Below, in pieces: positions 38,741 to 51,417 of a DNA stretch of 64,000 bases. A program made the position numbers and the translations under genes. The notes under the pieces are model-generated. The model was not told the origin of the DNA and searched no databases. It saw only the letters and a list, made by a program, of their open reading frames with translations. How positions within the stretch are numbered: position 1 is the stretch's first letter; each line of letters opens with the position of its first letter. Origin of the DNA: Antedon mediterranea (taxonomy: Eukaryota; Animalia; Echinodermata); contig NC_092680.1 of the NCBI RefSeq assembly GCF_964355755.1, positions 14,765,045 through 14,829,044 of the forward strand. The letters are read 5' to 3'.

Positions 38741-40758
38741 AATTCAGTGTTCCGCAAAAATGTTGTTAAAAAAACATGAAGCAGCGTAAAATAAGGAAAG
38801 GAGAAAAGTTTAATTTTGAAATTGTTTTAACAAAATTTAGGGAAACAATTTCTCATGGTCCTGAATATGTTTGTTGTGTATGTTTTAAATGTTATTCAGA
38901 AATCAAGTTGTACAATGCACGAAAGCTAAGTACGAAAATAGAACGTGCATAAATGAAAAATATATTTACATATTTGCAACAATGAATGTAATAATCCATG
39001 TCAACTTGCCAAATTACCAAGAGGATATCTATGGATTTGTTTCACATGTCATAGGAAATTGCGTAGTGGAAAAGTTCCTGCAGAATTCAAACAATTTAGA
39101 ACTACATGAAATTCCTCCTGAGCTAAACTGTTTAAATAATTTAGAGCAGAATTTGATTGTTTTAAATATTCCTTTTATGAAAATAATGAATCTACCAAAA
39201 GGTGGGCAACATGGAATACATGGACCAGTTGTATGCGTACCATCAAATACTATTGAAACTGTAAAAATTCTCCCTAGACCGGAAGCTGAAGATCAGTTAA
39301 ATATCAGTAAAATTGAAGCGAAAGTTGTCTTACAAAGGTTATTATAAATATAGATTTGTTAACACAGCCAATGTTATTCAAGCTCTTGAATATTTACAAG
39401 ATCATAACAAATGGTATTTTGATGTAGCTATTGATGAAATATGGCACAATTAGTATTTATCGAAAGAAAACATTGAAAGTGCAACTGCTAATGTAGATGA
39501 TCAACAAACATGTGTAGAAAACAGTGGTGTTGAAAACAATGATGAAGAAGCAGAAGATCGATTGTGTGGTGTTGCGTTCGACACAAGTCTACAACCTGTT
39601 GATAGGCGACAAAATTTGATTGATGAATATTTTCGTGATATAATTTGTTGTGCGCCATGTGAAAATAATAGCCCTATTGCATTGTCAACAGGTCAACCAA
39701 CATTCCACGACGCCAGAGATGTTAAAATAACGCTTGGACGATATTTACACAATAGATTAATGCATGTAGACAACAGGTTTGCAAAAAATACAGAATTCAT
39801 ATTTTATGCTCAATCTATTTATGAACTTCAACAAATTTTATCGAGTATTTCCATAGCGTTGAGAAAAGGGTCAGACAAAAAGGATGATTTTAGTAAAGTA
39901 ACTGTTCATATGTTAGTATGCTCCTGTTTTTAATGAAGATGAAGATAAAAAGTTATTAATTTTGTTGATAAGTATATCTCCTGTGCTACGCCATGTGAAA
40001 TTGTAGATCCTGAACTAAATGAAATTGTTAACAGTGTACAGATTCACAGTAAAAGACATTCAAAATCTTGTAAGAAGAAGGGAACCAATTGCAGATTTAA
40101 CTTTCCAAGACAACCTTCTGAAAAAACATTTGTTATGAGACCTACAATTGTAGTAAAAAAAAAAGGAAAAGAAAACAATGATGATAAAAATGCCAATGAA
40201 CAAGCGAAAGAATTATTAACCTCAGTAAAAGATGCTTTGACTAATGAAAAAACGTATCAAACTGCATATGAAAATGCAAGTAATCGTATAGCTACTAAAG
40301 AACAGATTGTTTTAAAAAGAAACCCTCAAGATGTGTGGGTAAATTAATACAATCCTTCCTTTACTTAGAGCATGGAATGCTAATATGGATATTCAGTATA
40401 TAACAAGTGTGTATGCATGTGTTGTCTACATTGCACCATATATGTCGAAAGGTGAACGAGAAAAATTAAGTAAAATTGGTCATGTGTATATGAACAATAG
40501 AGAAGTGTCTGCGCAAGAAAGTGTCTATCGTGTCTGTGGATTGAGATTGAAAGAATGTTCAAGGAAAGTTGAATTTATCCCAGTAGGACCTAATCCAGTT
40601 AGAAAGAGTTTACCACTATTAATGTAATTCAAAACAAAGTGGATGATAGTGGAAGTGCATGGTTGCCAAATAAGCTTGATAAATATAAAGCTCGACCAAA
40701 AAGTTCTGAATTTGATGAAATGTGCCTTGCAAATTTTTGTTCTCATTATAGAATGTTA

Positions 40759-40917
40759 AGCCGATTTTCCACTAGGCGAATTTGTTCGAGCGAATCGAAT
40801 GCGTCAGGTTATACGCATGCGTAGATAGGGATTTGGAAGATGGAAACATGAATACGCATGCGTATAACCTGACGCTTTCGATTCGCGCTAACAAATTCGC
40901 CTAGTGGAAAATCAGCT
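40759..40917. mobile_element. 159-bp Harbinger-type palindromic MITE
   Basis: Long TIR AGC(C/T)GATTTTCCACTAGGCGAATTTGTT..., TTA TSD. Removing it rejoins YRML-STSEMKRN in frame. Confidence 0.92.
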
Positions 40918-41449
40918 TTAAGTACATCAGAAATGAAAAGAAACGCGCAAAGAAAGAACGTATTTCAATTTAAAAAAATCCAAAAAAGAACAAGAACTGG
41001 CAATGCTATATTAAGATACCCTAAGTTTCCAGAAAACAGAGCACCTGAAAAATACTATTTGAGTATATTGCAGTTATTTCTGCCATTTCGAACAGATAAA
41101 CAGTTAAAACCGCCGACATTTGAAACATATCAAGAATTTTATGAGAAAGGATCTGTCAAATTATGTGGCAGTCAATTGCAAAAAGTAGAGTATATAGTGC
41201 AGAGAAACATGGAAAAATATGACAAAAGTGCTGATGATATTAAACAAGCAGAAGAGGTTTTAGAAAAATTTGGACCACAAGAAGATGCATGGGGCCTATT
41301 ATGTCCAGAAAATGAAAAAGAAAGATTAGAAAATCCACTGCCAAACGTTGACATTGATGATGAAGAAGATGAATTTTTTATTCCAGATTTTGGATTGAAC
41401 AAAGAAAAGTGAACAAAGAAAAAGTAAACATAGAAAAGTGAACAAACTA

Positions 41450-41676
41450 TTGAAAAAGTTAACAATTTTTAGAACAAGAGAACACATTTTTAGAACAACT
41501 GAACACATTTTTAGAACAAGTTAACAAATTGTTAGAACAAGTGAACAAATTTTATAAAATCATACGTAACGATCTTTTGTAAAACATACGTAACGATCTT
41601 TTGTAAAACATACGTAACGATCTTTTGTAAAACATACGTAACGATCTTTTGTACAACATACGTAACGATCTTTTGT
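41450..41676. repeat. Tandem repeats near the Helentron 3' end: ~21-bp units, then 5 x 24 bp
   Basis: TTTTAGAACAAGTGAACACAT-like units, then AAAACATACGTAACGATCTTTTGT at 41557-41676. Confidence 0.9.
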
Positions 41677-42765
41677 AAAAGCATAGTAACAAGTTTTGTA
41701 AAAAGGAAAGTAAACAGTTTTTTAAACTAACAGTGACAAGATTTCTCGCAAATTTTTTCCTAGTGTTAATAACAGAATTAGGTTGCAGTAGCAAACATTG
41801 AGCAGAAACTGAAACCAATATAAATTATTTGTAAAAACAAAAACCCAGGAAAAGTCTCATATTGGTGGTATACAAGATATACATAGGTGTTTAGTAGATA
41901 ACTTTGCAGAAGCACATTGTAAGCAAAAGTACAAATAATTTGTAGAAGCAAGTATTAAGAAGAAGCTAACAACAGAAATACTTTGTAAAAACAAATACTC
42001 AATAAAAGTAATGGGTGGAAGTTGTCACACAGCTGTTTACTGTACTCGCTTGTTTATGAATATATTGCTGTGTGCACTTTCACTGTGGAAATAATTACTT
42101 AGGACTTTGGTATGTCCGAATCGACCCCCTCCCCCAACTGGGTCATCAATTTGACATATTGATGACCATGTTTACCAACTTTGTATAATTATCAGAATCA
42201 GACCACTTTCTATTTTTAAATTGTGTTACCCAGTGAATTCTGATTGGATAGTTACCTACGGTATATGTAAAATAGTTAACTACCCCCTTTAAATAGCAGC
42301 TACACCCAAAAGATTGTTAGTTGTTGTGTGGTTCTTCTGCTGCTTTCTCCCACCAACTCACTCCATCCTTAAGTTATTTGTGGATGTTACTTGGCTTCTT
42401 ATAGTGCAATTCTGGGTAAGACTACATTTTTGTTCTTTAATGTTCACCACCTCCTAAATTGACCAAACTCACATATATTTTATGTTACTTTATGTGGTTA
42501 TCGTTGTGTAAATAAATTGTATATATTACATAGCCTATGTAAATACGCTAACGTGATTGGTTGAAACTGCATCACATGACTACCGCTGCGAGGATCGTAA
42601 ATCGTATATATCCTCGAGAACGATGATATTGACTGTGTAATTTTCGCGTAATTATCGTGTCCCCTGTCATTAAACATATAGATTCTTGAGTACGATGATA
42701 TTGACTGTGTAATTTTCGTGTGCCAACACTCGCGTTGCCGATAAATAAACAAAAGTCATCTACTC

Positions 42766-42832
42766 GATCTTGAACTCGGGTGGAATTGTCACTCAATCGC
42801 AAGACAACGCTTCAACCGCTGCGCCACTGAAC
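42766..42832 (-). mobile_element. tRNA-derived SINE head
   Basis: Minus strand has A box TGGCGCAGCGG and B-box-like GAGTTCAAGATC, but no complete cloverleaf. Confidence 0.5.
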
Positions 42833-43242
42833 TTGCTTGAAGAAATTAATCATCTAAACTATTTAAACTATGCATACATAGCGCCCTCATTTGTTATAAG
42901 TCCACCCTAAATGTGATGAAACACCGTTTGTGATTGGTCAATACTCACGGTAGTAACCTAGTAACTAGCTCCTCGAAGATCGAGAAGAAGACGAATTGTT
43001 TATTCGGCCTACCTGATTATAATATTATTTTTAATAGGCTTATTGATGGAAATTCTTCTGTTAATTTAAACGACCTAGGCCTAAGTGAATATTTTATTGC
43101 CAAGGAATCATTAATTAGTAATTATCTGTATATTATTCTTCGCAAGGTAAGGTGTCTAGGCAGGCTTGTTTAAATACAATACAAATACTATAGGAGGCCT
43201 AGCCTAGCTTCACCCAACCCAGCAGACTTGTTCTTGGCTATA

Positions 43243-43410
43243 TAATATAACAGATATTGCCTTTTATATCGGTTAAATATAAGATTTGACATCCCCTCGG
43301 GAATGATATTAAGTTCTCGGGGAATATATATTTCCCTCAGCTGGATTTGATATCCCTCGGGGATATCAAATCTTATATTTAACCTCTAAGCAGTCAATAT
43401 CTGTATAATA
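43243..43410. mobile_element. Palindromic MITE
   Basis: Imperfect ~60-bp inverted arms: ACAGATATTG..GGTTAAATATAAGATTTGA..CCC / GGGATATCAAATCTTATATTTAACC..CAATATCTGT. Confidence 0.75.
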
Positions 43411-43439
43411 TTGTAACTCCAGTTCTTACTTCTTTCTGT

Positions 43440-43771
43440 ACATGTGTTATTGAGCCGTGCATGTGACAAAGTGTAAAACAAAAGGAGTGAGATATTCACA
43501 AAACAATAGTAACAGTGAAAATATAAACTGTGAATTGTAAAAACGGATTATTTCTTGTTGCAGAATAAATATATTATTAATTGTTAAAGAATTTGACACA
43601 AAATTTGTGGACTTGGTTATTACAGGCATACATAATGGATACACAATTTATAAGTGTTGTTATTGCTATGTTGTTTTTAATGTTGTTAATGATGTGTTGT
43701 TTATGTAAAAATATTAAAGAAGTTCCAAATAAAGAGTACAATAATGCCAACACAGCTGGTATTGATGATAG
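43440..43771 (+). mobile_element. 5' fragment of a second, related Helentron
   Basis: MDTQFISVVIAMLFLMLLMMCCLCKNIKEVPNKEYNNANTAG is homologous to 32577-32720 and is truncated by the element starting at 43772. Confidence 0.8.
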
Positions 43772-45030
43772 CATAGAGATATTATAGTGAACTGGAGAAA
43801 CAACTGTTATTGTCCTTTGACGATCATTCCGACCGCCCTGATAATAATCAACTAGCACGCGACCACCTAATTAGTTAAGATAAACAATTAGCTGTGCATG
43901 GCCGATTGACCATTACGTCATACTTACCCACAATTCATTTTGATTGCATCGCGTCGCACATCGGAAAATGGCGAAGTACTCAAAGGAAGATTATTATACT
44001 GGCGAAGATTTTGACAATTTAAGCGATTTTAGTTTTGATGAAGAGGATCTAAATGAATTTGAACGGGAGTGCTTAACTAATGAAAAGAAAAACACCGGGA
44101 ATGATGGCAACGGTATGGTTTTAATATTATTTTAGGATCTACTAACGCTAGGCCCCGTAGCCTAGGTTAGCTAATAAGGCCATAGCACTGTCCTTTTTTC
44201 GGTGTGCGGGCAGGGCGGTGTTAACGTGGTGGCGGGGCCTGCACATCGGTACAGTTAATTTTTCTTTCAATGCTAGCTAGGCCTTGTAACATAATGATAT
44301 GAAGGTTGTAAAATAAATTAAAAATGTCCAAATAATAATTGTTTTGCCTTTTTTGAGAAAACAAATAGGCCTAAAGTTAGGCCTAATATTATAATTATTA
44401 ATATCTCTATTATGCTTTATTATATATATGATTCGGCCTAAAGATATTATCATTATTGATTGATTTTATAGTGAACTGGAGACCACTTTTCAGGCAGTTA
44501 CCGCTCAGTTATTTCTTTACCACCACTGGGCCTAGGCCCTAGGCATAGAGATATTATAGTAAACTATAATATCTCTTTGACCTAGGCTATGCAGTAATAT
44601 TAATTATTATTATAATAATAATATCTATCTTTGACTAGCCTAGGGCATAAGTACTGGGCTATAAAGAGTTCGCAATTAATTTATTTATTTCACAATACAA
44701 AAAAACACTCGTAATTTATATGAATTATTATTAGTTTGATATTTTTTTTATAGGCCAAGTTGAAGCAGAAAATGAACCGACCACAGAAAAAACAAAGAAA
44801 CGTAAACAGTGTGGTACATCAAAACCAAAAAAAAAAGAGTAAAGGTAATCTGCTGTCAAAATCAACACTCACAGAGAAAACAATTTTGGAAAAGTGTGTG
44901 CTTGCCGACGATGTCTTGGGAAAAATAAGAAGAAATCCTTTGTTTGCCGAGTCAGAAAATTGTAATATATGATATACTTTTATAATTAAGAAATCAACTT
45001 TTGTATTAGAATTCAAATAAGTTCACGAAC
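43772..45030 (+). mobile_element. 5' part of a CATAGAG-terminated (P-like) DNA element with exons of an acidic/basic ORF
   Basis: Starts CATAGAGATATTATAGT. Exon MAKYSKEDYY...GNDGN|gt at 43968-44111 and a second exon from 44754. Right end not found. Confidence 0.5.
44544..44579. other. P-type excision footprint (17+2+17 bp)
   Basis: CATAGAGATATTATAGT-AA-ACTATAATATCTCTTTG, flanked by CCCTAGG / ACCTAGG. Confidence 0.7.
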
Positions 45031-45120
45031 TTGGCCCAGAAAGTCCAGAGGAGAGTTTGTCCAGATGTTTTTAATGTCCATTTAGTTTATAATCGAATCC
45101 ATAAAGAAAACACTTAATTT

Positions 45121-47545
45121 TGTGACCTTTCCCATCATTAAACCAGGAGAGATTGACACTATTTAAGTACAGATTTGACAGTGTTATCCATCATAGAAAT
45201 ACCTTATTATACCGTTAATCACTTCTACTTAAACACCCCTGGACCAACTTAGGACCAATAGTTACCCTCACAGATGACGTAGTGACATATGCAAATGAAC
45301 CGAAGCCAATATACCCCCAAGTTTCAGAAGAGCCCATCTACACCTTACAGCCACCTCACAAAGCACACACCTTACAGCCACTTCTTCAGAAGAACATCTA
45401 CACCTCACAGCCACTTCTTTAGAAGCAGACCTACACACTTCACATCTCACTGATCCTCCGTTCCTCATCCTTAGTTATAGTTGCATTATCCTTATCCTTA
45501 GTTATAGTATATTGTACTGAAGTATTATTGCATCAAGTATTATTGAATAAACAATATGTGTTACTACAGTTAAGTGAGTAAGAGTCTTCATTACAAGTCA
45601 GTACCTCAACACGTACTATATTACATGGTGGAAGACCCAAATTTTATAAGGAACAGAGTGAGCAAACACAACAAGAGACGAAGACGAAGAAGAAGACAAC
45701 CAGATATTTGTTTGAAAGGAGAAAACAAGAAATTTACTTTTACACAAAGACCAGCTGAAATTATATTTGAACGAGAGAAGCAGAATTTGTTTTCAGGTAA
45801 GCATTTTAACTCGATCAAGAGAAGCAGAATTTTTTTGTTTTCAAGCATTTTTTAAGCATTTTTAACTGGATCGAGACAAGCAGAAATTTTCTTAAGTAAG
45901 CATTTTTAACTGGATCGAGACAAGCAGAATTTTTTAATTTCTTATAACCGTTGGATGAAGACAAAGAATAATCAAGGAAGACACAAGAAGAATCAAAACG
46001 GAATAACAGAAGCAAGCGGACAAGAATTGTTTCGTTTGGACACTTTCAACTTTTTTTTAAACATTTTTTAAATTTTGAACTTTGAGCATTTGAACATTGA
46101 TTGACTTTTAACATTTCTTTAATTCGTTATTTGAACATTGTTGAACACTTTTTGCATTTCCTTTAATTCGTTTTTAATTGGATCGGAAGCATTTGGGGTA
46201 AGTCAAACCATTTTGATTTTTGATTTGTAACCTTGATTGAAAAGTGAGAGTTTATATATATACACTAAATTGTTTTTGATATTTTGATTAATTAATATTA
46301 TAAAGTATGGTTGACGTTGATAACGAAGTAATTGTAAATGAGCCCGTCCATCCTCATCCCGTGCCCCATCTAAGACAAACCGATTTCCTTCCCAAAAGAT
46401 ACAATGGTTCCATCACCGATCACGACCAATGTAGTGCACACTATTTATCATTTACCGACTACCTTGAGGCCCACACTTTAGAAAACCCTGAAAATAATGC
46501 CCAATTGCTTAATGTCATAAGTATTTTCAAACGTAGCCTTCAGGGGCAAGCTAGACTCTGGATTGAGGGAAAGCAGTTCGATTCACTGGAATCCTTGAAA
46601 ACCCAATTCATTTAACAGGTTTAGTAAAAACAAATCAATCTATGCGCACATAAGAGAATACGATTCAATTACATACACCACTGGCGACAATGCCGAAAAA
46701 CACTTAACCAGAATCAAACAAGCCACAGACAGAATAAAGAATAAATTTATTTCGACCCTTCCACCAAAATGTAGAGCAGCTGTAGCCATGTCCACCCCAA
46801 TCGATGCCACTATTGACAATATCGTAAATAGCGCACAAGATTACTTTGACCTTTCCGTAGATGATTCTACACGGGAAGTTTCATTCAACATCAACAAGGA
46901 AACAGATAATAGTCTCGAATCGCTCCAACATGAGATAAATTCTCTTAAGTTAGATATAGCCACAACAAAACGATCCCTTAATGATGATACTCGACGCTCA
47001 CGTTCCCCCACCCGAAATTATATCCCAAGACAAAACCGAAGCCCAAGCCCTTACAAACCCCGATTCCAGACCCCACCGACTCCAACCTGTTATTACTGCG
47101 GGAAGCCAGGCCACATAGCAAGGCACTGCCAACAACGAAACCGTTCTTACGGAAATTATCCCCCGCCATACCCATACCAACAGTCAAACAATTATTACCC
47201 TAGCCACCAGCAGGATTTTTAAAAAGGGGACTAGATGCCGCCCATAATCTGGCCCCCCATACCAAAAACAAAAATTTTCAGGCAAAATATTTAGGGAATT
47301 CAGATAAGATTGATTTGTTACTTAACGACAGAAATTATGTTAAAGGAAATTTACCAGACGGAAGAAATGTTTTAACTTTATTTGACAGTGGTTCAACTAG
47401 AACTATAATCTCACAATCGTACGTTAATTCCTCACTTTATTTATCGCGTCTAAAGCCAGTTAAAGTGAACACAACTTAGTGCAATTCGAATTATTTATCC
47501 AAGGACACAAATTTAACATTTCAGCATTAATCATTAAAAATTTGA
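45121..47545 (+). mobile_element. Gypsy LTR retrotransposon, 5' portion (LTR, PBS, gag, protease)
   Basis: LTR about 45121-45625 ending ..TTACA, PBS TGGTGGAAGACCC at 45626. gag 46307-47222 is frameshifted and has the knuckle CYYCGKPGHIARHC. Protease LFDSGSTRTII lies in the -1 frame. The LTR 5' boundary is uncertain. Confidence 0.88.
47213..47257 (+). promoter_or_regulatory. Putative -1 ribosomal frameshift signal (gag/pol)
   Basis: G_GAT_TTT_TAA at the gag stop, followed by an imperfect stem GGGGACTAGAT..ATCTGGCCCC. The -1 frame is open into the DSG protease. Confidence 0.7.
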
Positions 47546-47699
47546 CAGATACTGTAAATTTCAAAAGAGTACATGTTATTGTTATAATCCAATAATATAC
47601 TAAATAATGTTGTGTATACTGATGACACTGTCTTTTATATCTGGATATTAATTATACGTGTTGGTAGTTGGTTATTACTGAATTTGATGTCAATTATGG

Positions 47700-47960
47700 C
47701 TAGCATTTTTTAAGCATTTTAAACCGGATCGAGACAAGCAGAAATTTTATCAAATTTGTATTTAACTGGATCGAGACAAGAAGAAATTTTCTTAAGTAAG
47801 CATTTTTAACTGGATCGAGACAAGCAGAATTTTTAAATTTCGTATAACCGTTGGATGAAGACAAAGAATATAATTAAGGAAGACACAAGAAGAATCAAAA
47901 CGGAAAAACAGAAGCAAGCGGACAAGAACTGTTTCGTTTGGACACTTTCAACTTTTTTTT
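47700..47960 (+). repeat. Second copy of the gypsy 5' leader (matches about 45840-46055)
   Basis: Shared TTTAACTGGATCGAGACAAGCAGAA repeats and downstream GGATGAAGACAAAGAAT...GGACACTTTCAAC. Confidence 0.85.
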
Positions 47961-48539
47961 GCGAGCCTTCTTTAGCTTTCTTCTACAAGGAATTTAAGGA
48001 TCTTACAACGAGAGTGAAAAAACTTAAACTTGAAGATTGCAGCTTGTCAGTGGCTGATGATCATTGTCTGTACAAATACTTCAAAAGAACTGATTATATT
48101 AGTGACCGTTTTAAACCTCCTTCAAAATATAAAAAAATTTGGCATTTGTGCAGGACACAGTGCTCTTTATTTTTCAGGAAGGACAATAAGACACGCCATT
48201 CCAATACAGGTTAATATTGAAGATCAACCATTTGGTTCAAAAGATTTGGTGAAAATAAATGATTACATAAATGGTTGAAGAGAGCTTCGAAGTCGTACGA
48301 GTAGATCAGGATATAATAAAGGATTTCCGCGGACACCTAGCTTAGTTCTTTAAGAAGTCAACCAAGCGAAAGTATGAGCGTTACCTTGTATCGGAGTACA
48401 AGCAGTTTTGTTTCAACAAGGCCCATCCCAATGAAGTTGAGGTTACTAGAGCAAAGATGCTCAAATGGAAGACGATACCATCTTATGATGAACCTGCTAT
48501 TCAAATCCGATTGTAATAGGCACCTGTTTTTCATTCAAT

Positions 48540-51410
48540 TCAACAGTACGTTACCGCACTTCAGCAGTACGTTACCGTAAACTACAATCAATGGCTGCTA
48601 TCAACAAAAAGCGTAAACCTGTAGCTAAAGCTAAGCCAGAGAGCACCCAAAACCTTGATGGCCATTCGTCAGATATGGACGAGACATTGCATCATAAAAA
48701 ACAAGGTAACGAAGTTAACATAGCTGAAGTAAAAGAACTAATTGACTTTGAGTTACAAAAGTGTTTAGCTTCTGACTCAAATTTTACGCTAAAGATTGCC
48801 GAGGCTGTATCAAATATGGTACATGATCAACTAACCGGGAAACTAACTGACCTTATCAAAGAGTCTCTAAAGTTTGATACAAACGTTATCAATGATTAAG
48901 TTACTGTATGTAGTCTAGAAAACAAAATCTCTGCACTTGAAAATGAATTAGATCTAGCTGAACAGTATTCTAGAAGAAACTGTCTAGTAATTCACGGAAT
49001 ACAAGAAAATCAAGAAGAAAATACGGATAAAGAAGTGATAAAGATCTTTATAGAAAAATTAAATGTCTCTGTAGATTCTATCGACATTGACAGGTCTCTC
49101 GCCTTGGACGAAACATGGCGGCAAACACTAACAAGTCCAAAACTAGGCCGATGATCATTAAATTTGCCAGCTACAAAATGAGAAATGAAATCTTTAGGGC
49201 AAAGAAACGTTTCAAAGATTCACCTTATTTTATTCATGAAAGCTTAACATCAAAACGATCTCAACTGCTTCGTGAAGTGAAACATACATTCAATGCAAAA
49301 TCGATCAAGGCCACCTGGACCCAAAACGGGAAGATATGTATACTAACCAACAGCATGAAGAAAGTAGTCGTCAATTCCCGATCCGATCTGTCTCGCCATC
49401 AGAACGATCTTAAACAGGCCTACTCGAAGCTTACTTTATGGACTTTTTAAAGTAGCAGATTGTACTTGATTTATTTCTATGTCAATGCATACGAGTGATA
49501 AACAATATCACTTAGTTGTCATACCGTGAACCTTGTAATTACATATACACATTTTTATTCTTATTCTTTAATTTGTTATATATTTATGAATGTAAATGGA
49601 TCTTCTCATCTCCTTTTGTATTCATCTGTTGGCATTCAGTCCACTAGTGATAATTTAAATTCAACATTTGAACTAAATTTTAATCCTTTCATTCAAAATG
49701 AAAATAGGTAAGATACTCAGGCTGATATGCTAATTAATCACTTAACCACTAGATCCAATACACTTGATCATTATAAATATTATGATATAACTGAATTTAA
49801 CACCTTGCATGACTCTTTAACCAAACCCAAACTATCTTTACTGCATTTGAATATAAGAAGCTTCTCAAATAAGTCTGATGCTTTTGACAGTTTATTATAT
49901 TCTTTGCACACTAAACTTTCCATCATTGGTTTATCAGAGACCTGGCTAAATGATAACACACAATCCCCCTTTTTAAACAATTACACTTTTTTTGCAAGTA
50001 ATAGACAATATAGTACTGGAGGTGGCGTATGACTGTTTTTACTTAACGAGTTAAATATCCGTGTTTGAACCGACCTTGCCCTTCCAAGAAATATTTGTGA
50101 TTTGTGTTGAAATTATATTAAACAACAAGAAAAATATAATAATTGGTATTATATATAGACCCCGAAGTTCTAATATTACTGATTTCTCTATATGCTAATA
50201 GATGAATTACTTACTCGTATCAATATTGAAAACAAACATTGCAACCTAATGGGTGATTTTAATATTGATTTACTAAAATTCCACAATCAAAACTCAATAA
50301 CTAATTACTTAGACATTCTTCTATCCCATTCGTTTAATCCTACTGTTTCCAAACCTACCCGAATTACTACAAACAGTGCAACTCTATTAGATCATTTTTA
50401 TACGAATCAGATTAATATAAATATAACTTCTGGTATTATAATTTCGGACATTGCTGATAATCTTCCTATTTTCCAACTTATTGACCACAATTTCGAAAAA
50501 AAGTCTAACAATAAAATTTCTTATGTAATAAATGATCATAACTCATTTTGTATCAGTTTAATGCGAGAGGACTGGTCTGATGTATACAACTCTGATCCTA
50601 AACTCTCGTTTGATATTTTTATTGATAAATTTACTTATATACATAATAAACATCTAATTACTAAAATTATTCCGAAACACAAAGCTTTTAAACAGCCTTG
50701 GATGAGCGCCTCATTAATTAAATCAAGTAAACATAAACATAAATTATACAAAAAATATATCTCTTCACAAAATGCTAACCACAAATTAATTAAGTTAAGT
50801 TAATGGAAATATAAAAAGTACCCAATAAAATAAATTCAATTAAAATCGATAATTAATAAAATAATAAAAAATGATAAATCTATATGTGATCATTTTAACA
50901 ATTATTTTTCATCCATAGGGTCTGATATCAATAAGTCTCAATACCAGCTTCAGCAATTGATCCGTTAACATTCCTTCCAACACCAACCATTAATTCATTC
51001 TATATTATTAGTCCAATTACTGAATCTGAAATTCTTTCTATAACTCTTAATTTTGATTAAAAAAAAGGAGGTAGGCATGATAACTTTCTCCTCGCACATT
51101 AAAAGCCATTAACATTTGCCATAAATTCATCTTTTTGCTCAGGTACAGTACCAACTAAGTTGAAATTGGCAAAGGTAGTTCCTATAATTAAGAAAGGAGA
51201 CACCTGTTTATTATCTAACAGACCTATATCTATTTTACCAGTGTTTTCAAAATTATTAGAAAAACTCATGCATAAAAAGCTTTAGACTATCTAAAACAAT
51301 TTGATATCTTAAACCATCATCAATATGGTTTTCCACCTAAACATTCCACTTGTCATGCCATCCTTGAACTTATAAATAATATCACTGAATCTTTTGAAAA
51401 TAATTTATTT
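48540..51410 (+). mobile_element. CR1/L2-clade LINE, 5' end present and 3' truncated
   Basis: ORF1 48591-49450 (EQYSRRNCLVIHGI, RPMIIKF). APE endonuclease (HLNIRS, GLSETWL, MGDFNIDLL, PTRIT, LDHFYTN). RT start (AKVVPI, RPISILPVFSKLLEK, QYGF). Confidence 0.92.
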
Positions 51411-51417
51411 CAGTTAA

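Larger units (their letters stand above)
32400..42055 (+). mobile_element. Helentron/Helitron2-type rolling-circle element, decayed, helicase missing
   Basis: Order: hydrophobic N-terminus, PHD, C76 DUB, OTU, basic repeats, GPEYVCCVC / LPKGGQHGIHGPVVCVP, Rep motifs ([76 protein letters not shown]). Then tandem repeats and a possible end ..ACTCGCTTGTTT. Boundaries are approximate. Confidence 0.9.

Noticed and set aside
41557-41676. 24-bp repeats (also the 46-bp and 36-bp arrays) as a CRISPR array
   Set aside because: The units are contiguous with no unique spacers, there are no cas genes, and the context is eukaryotic.
42766-42832. tRNA gene
   Set aside because: A and B boxes are present, but I cannot form acceptor and T stems. 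It fits a SINE head better.
47960-48360. Coding-like segment after the duplicated gypsy leader
   Set aside because: No recognisable domain. ORF 47855-48214 is a chimera spanning a junction.
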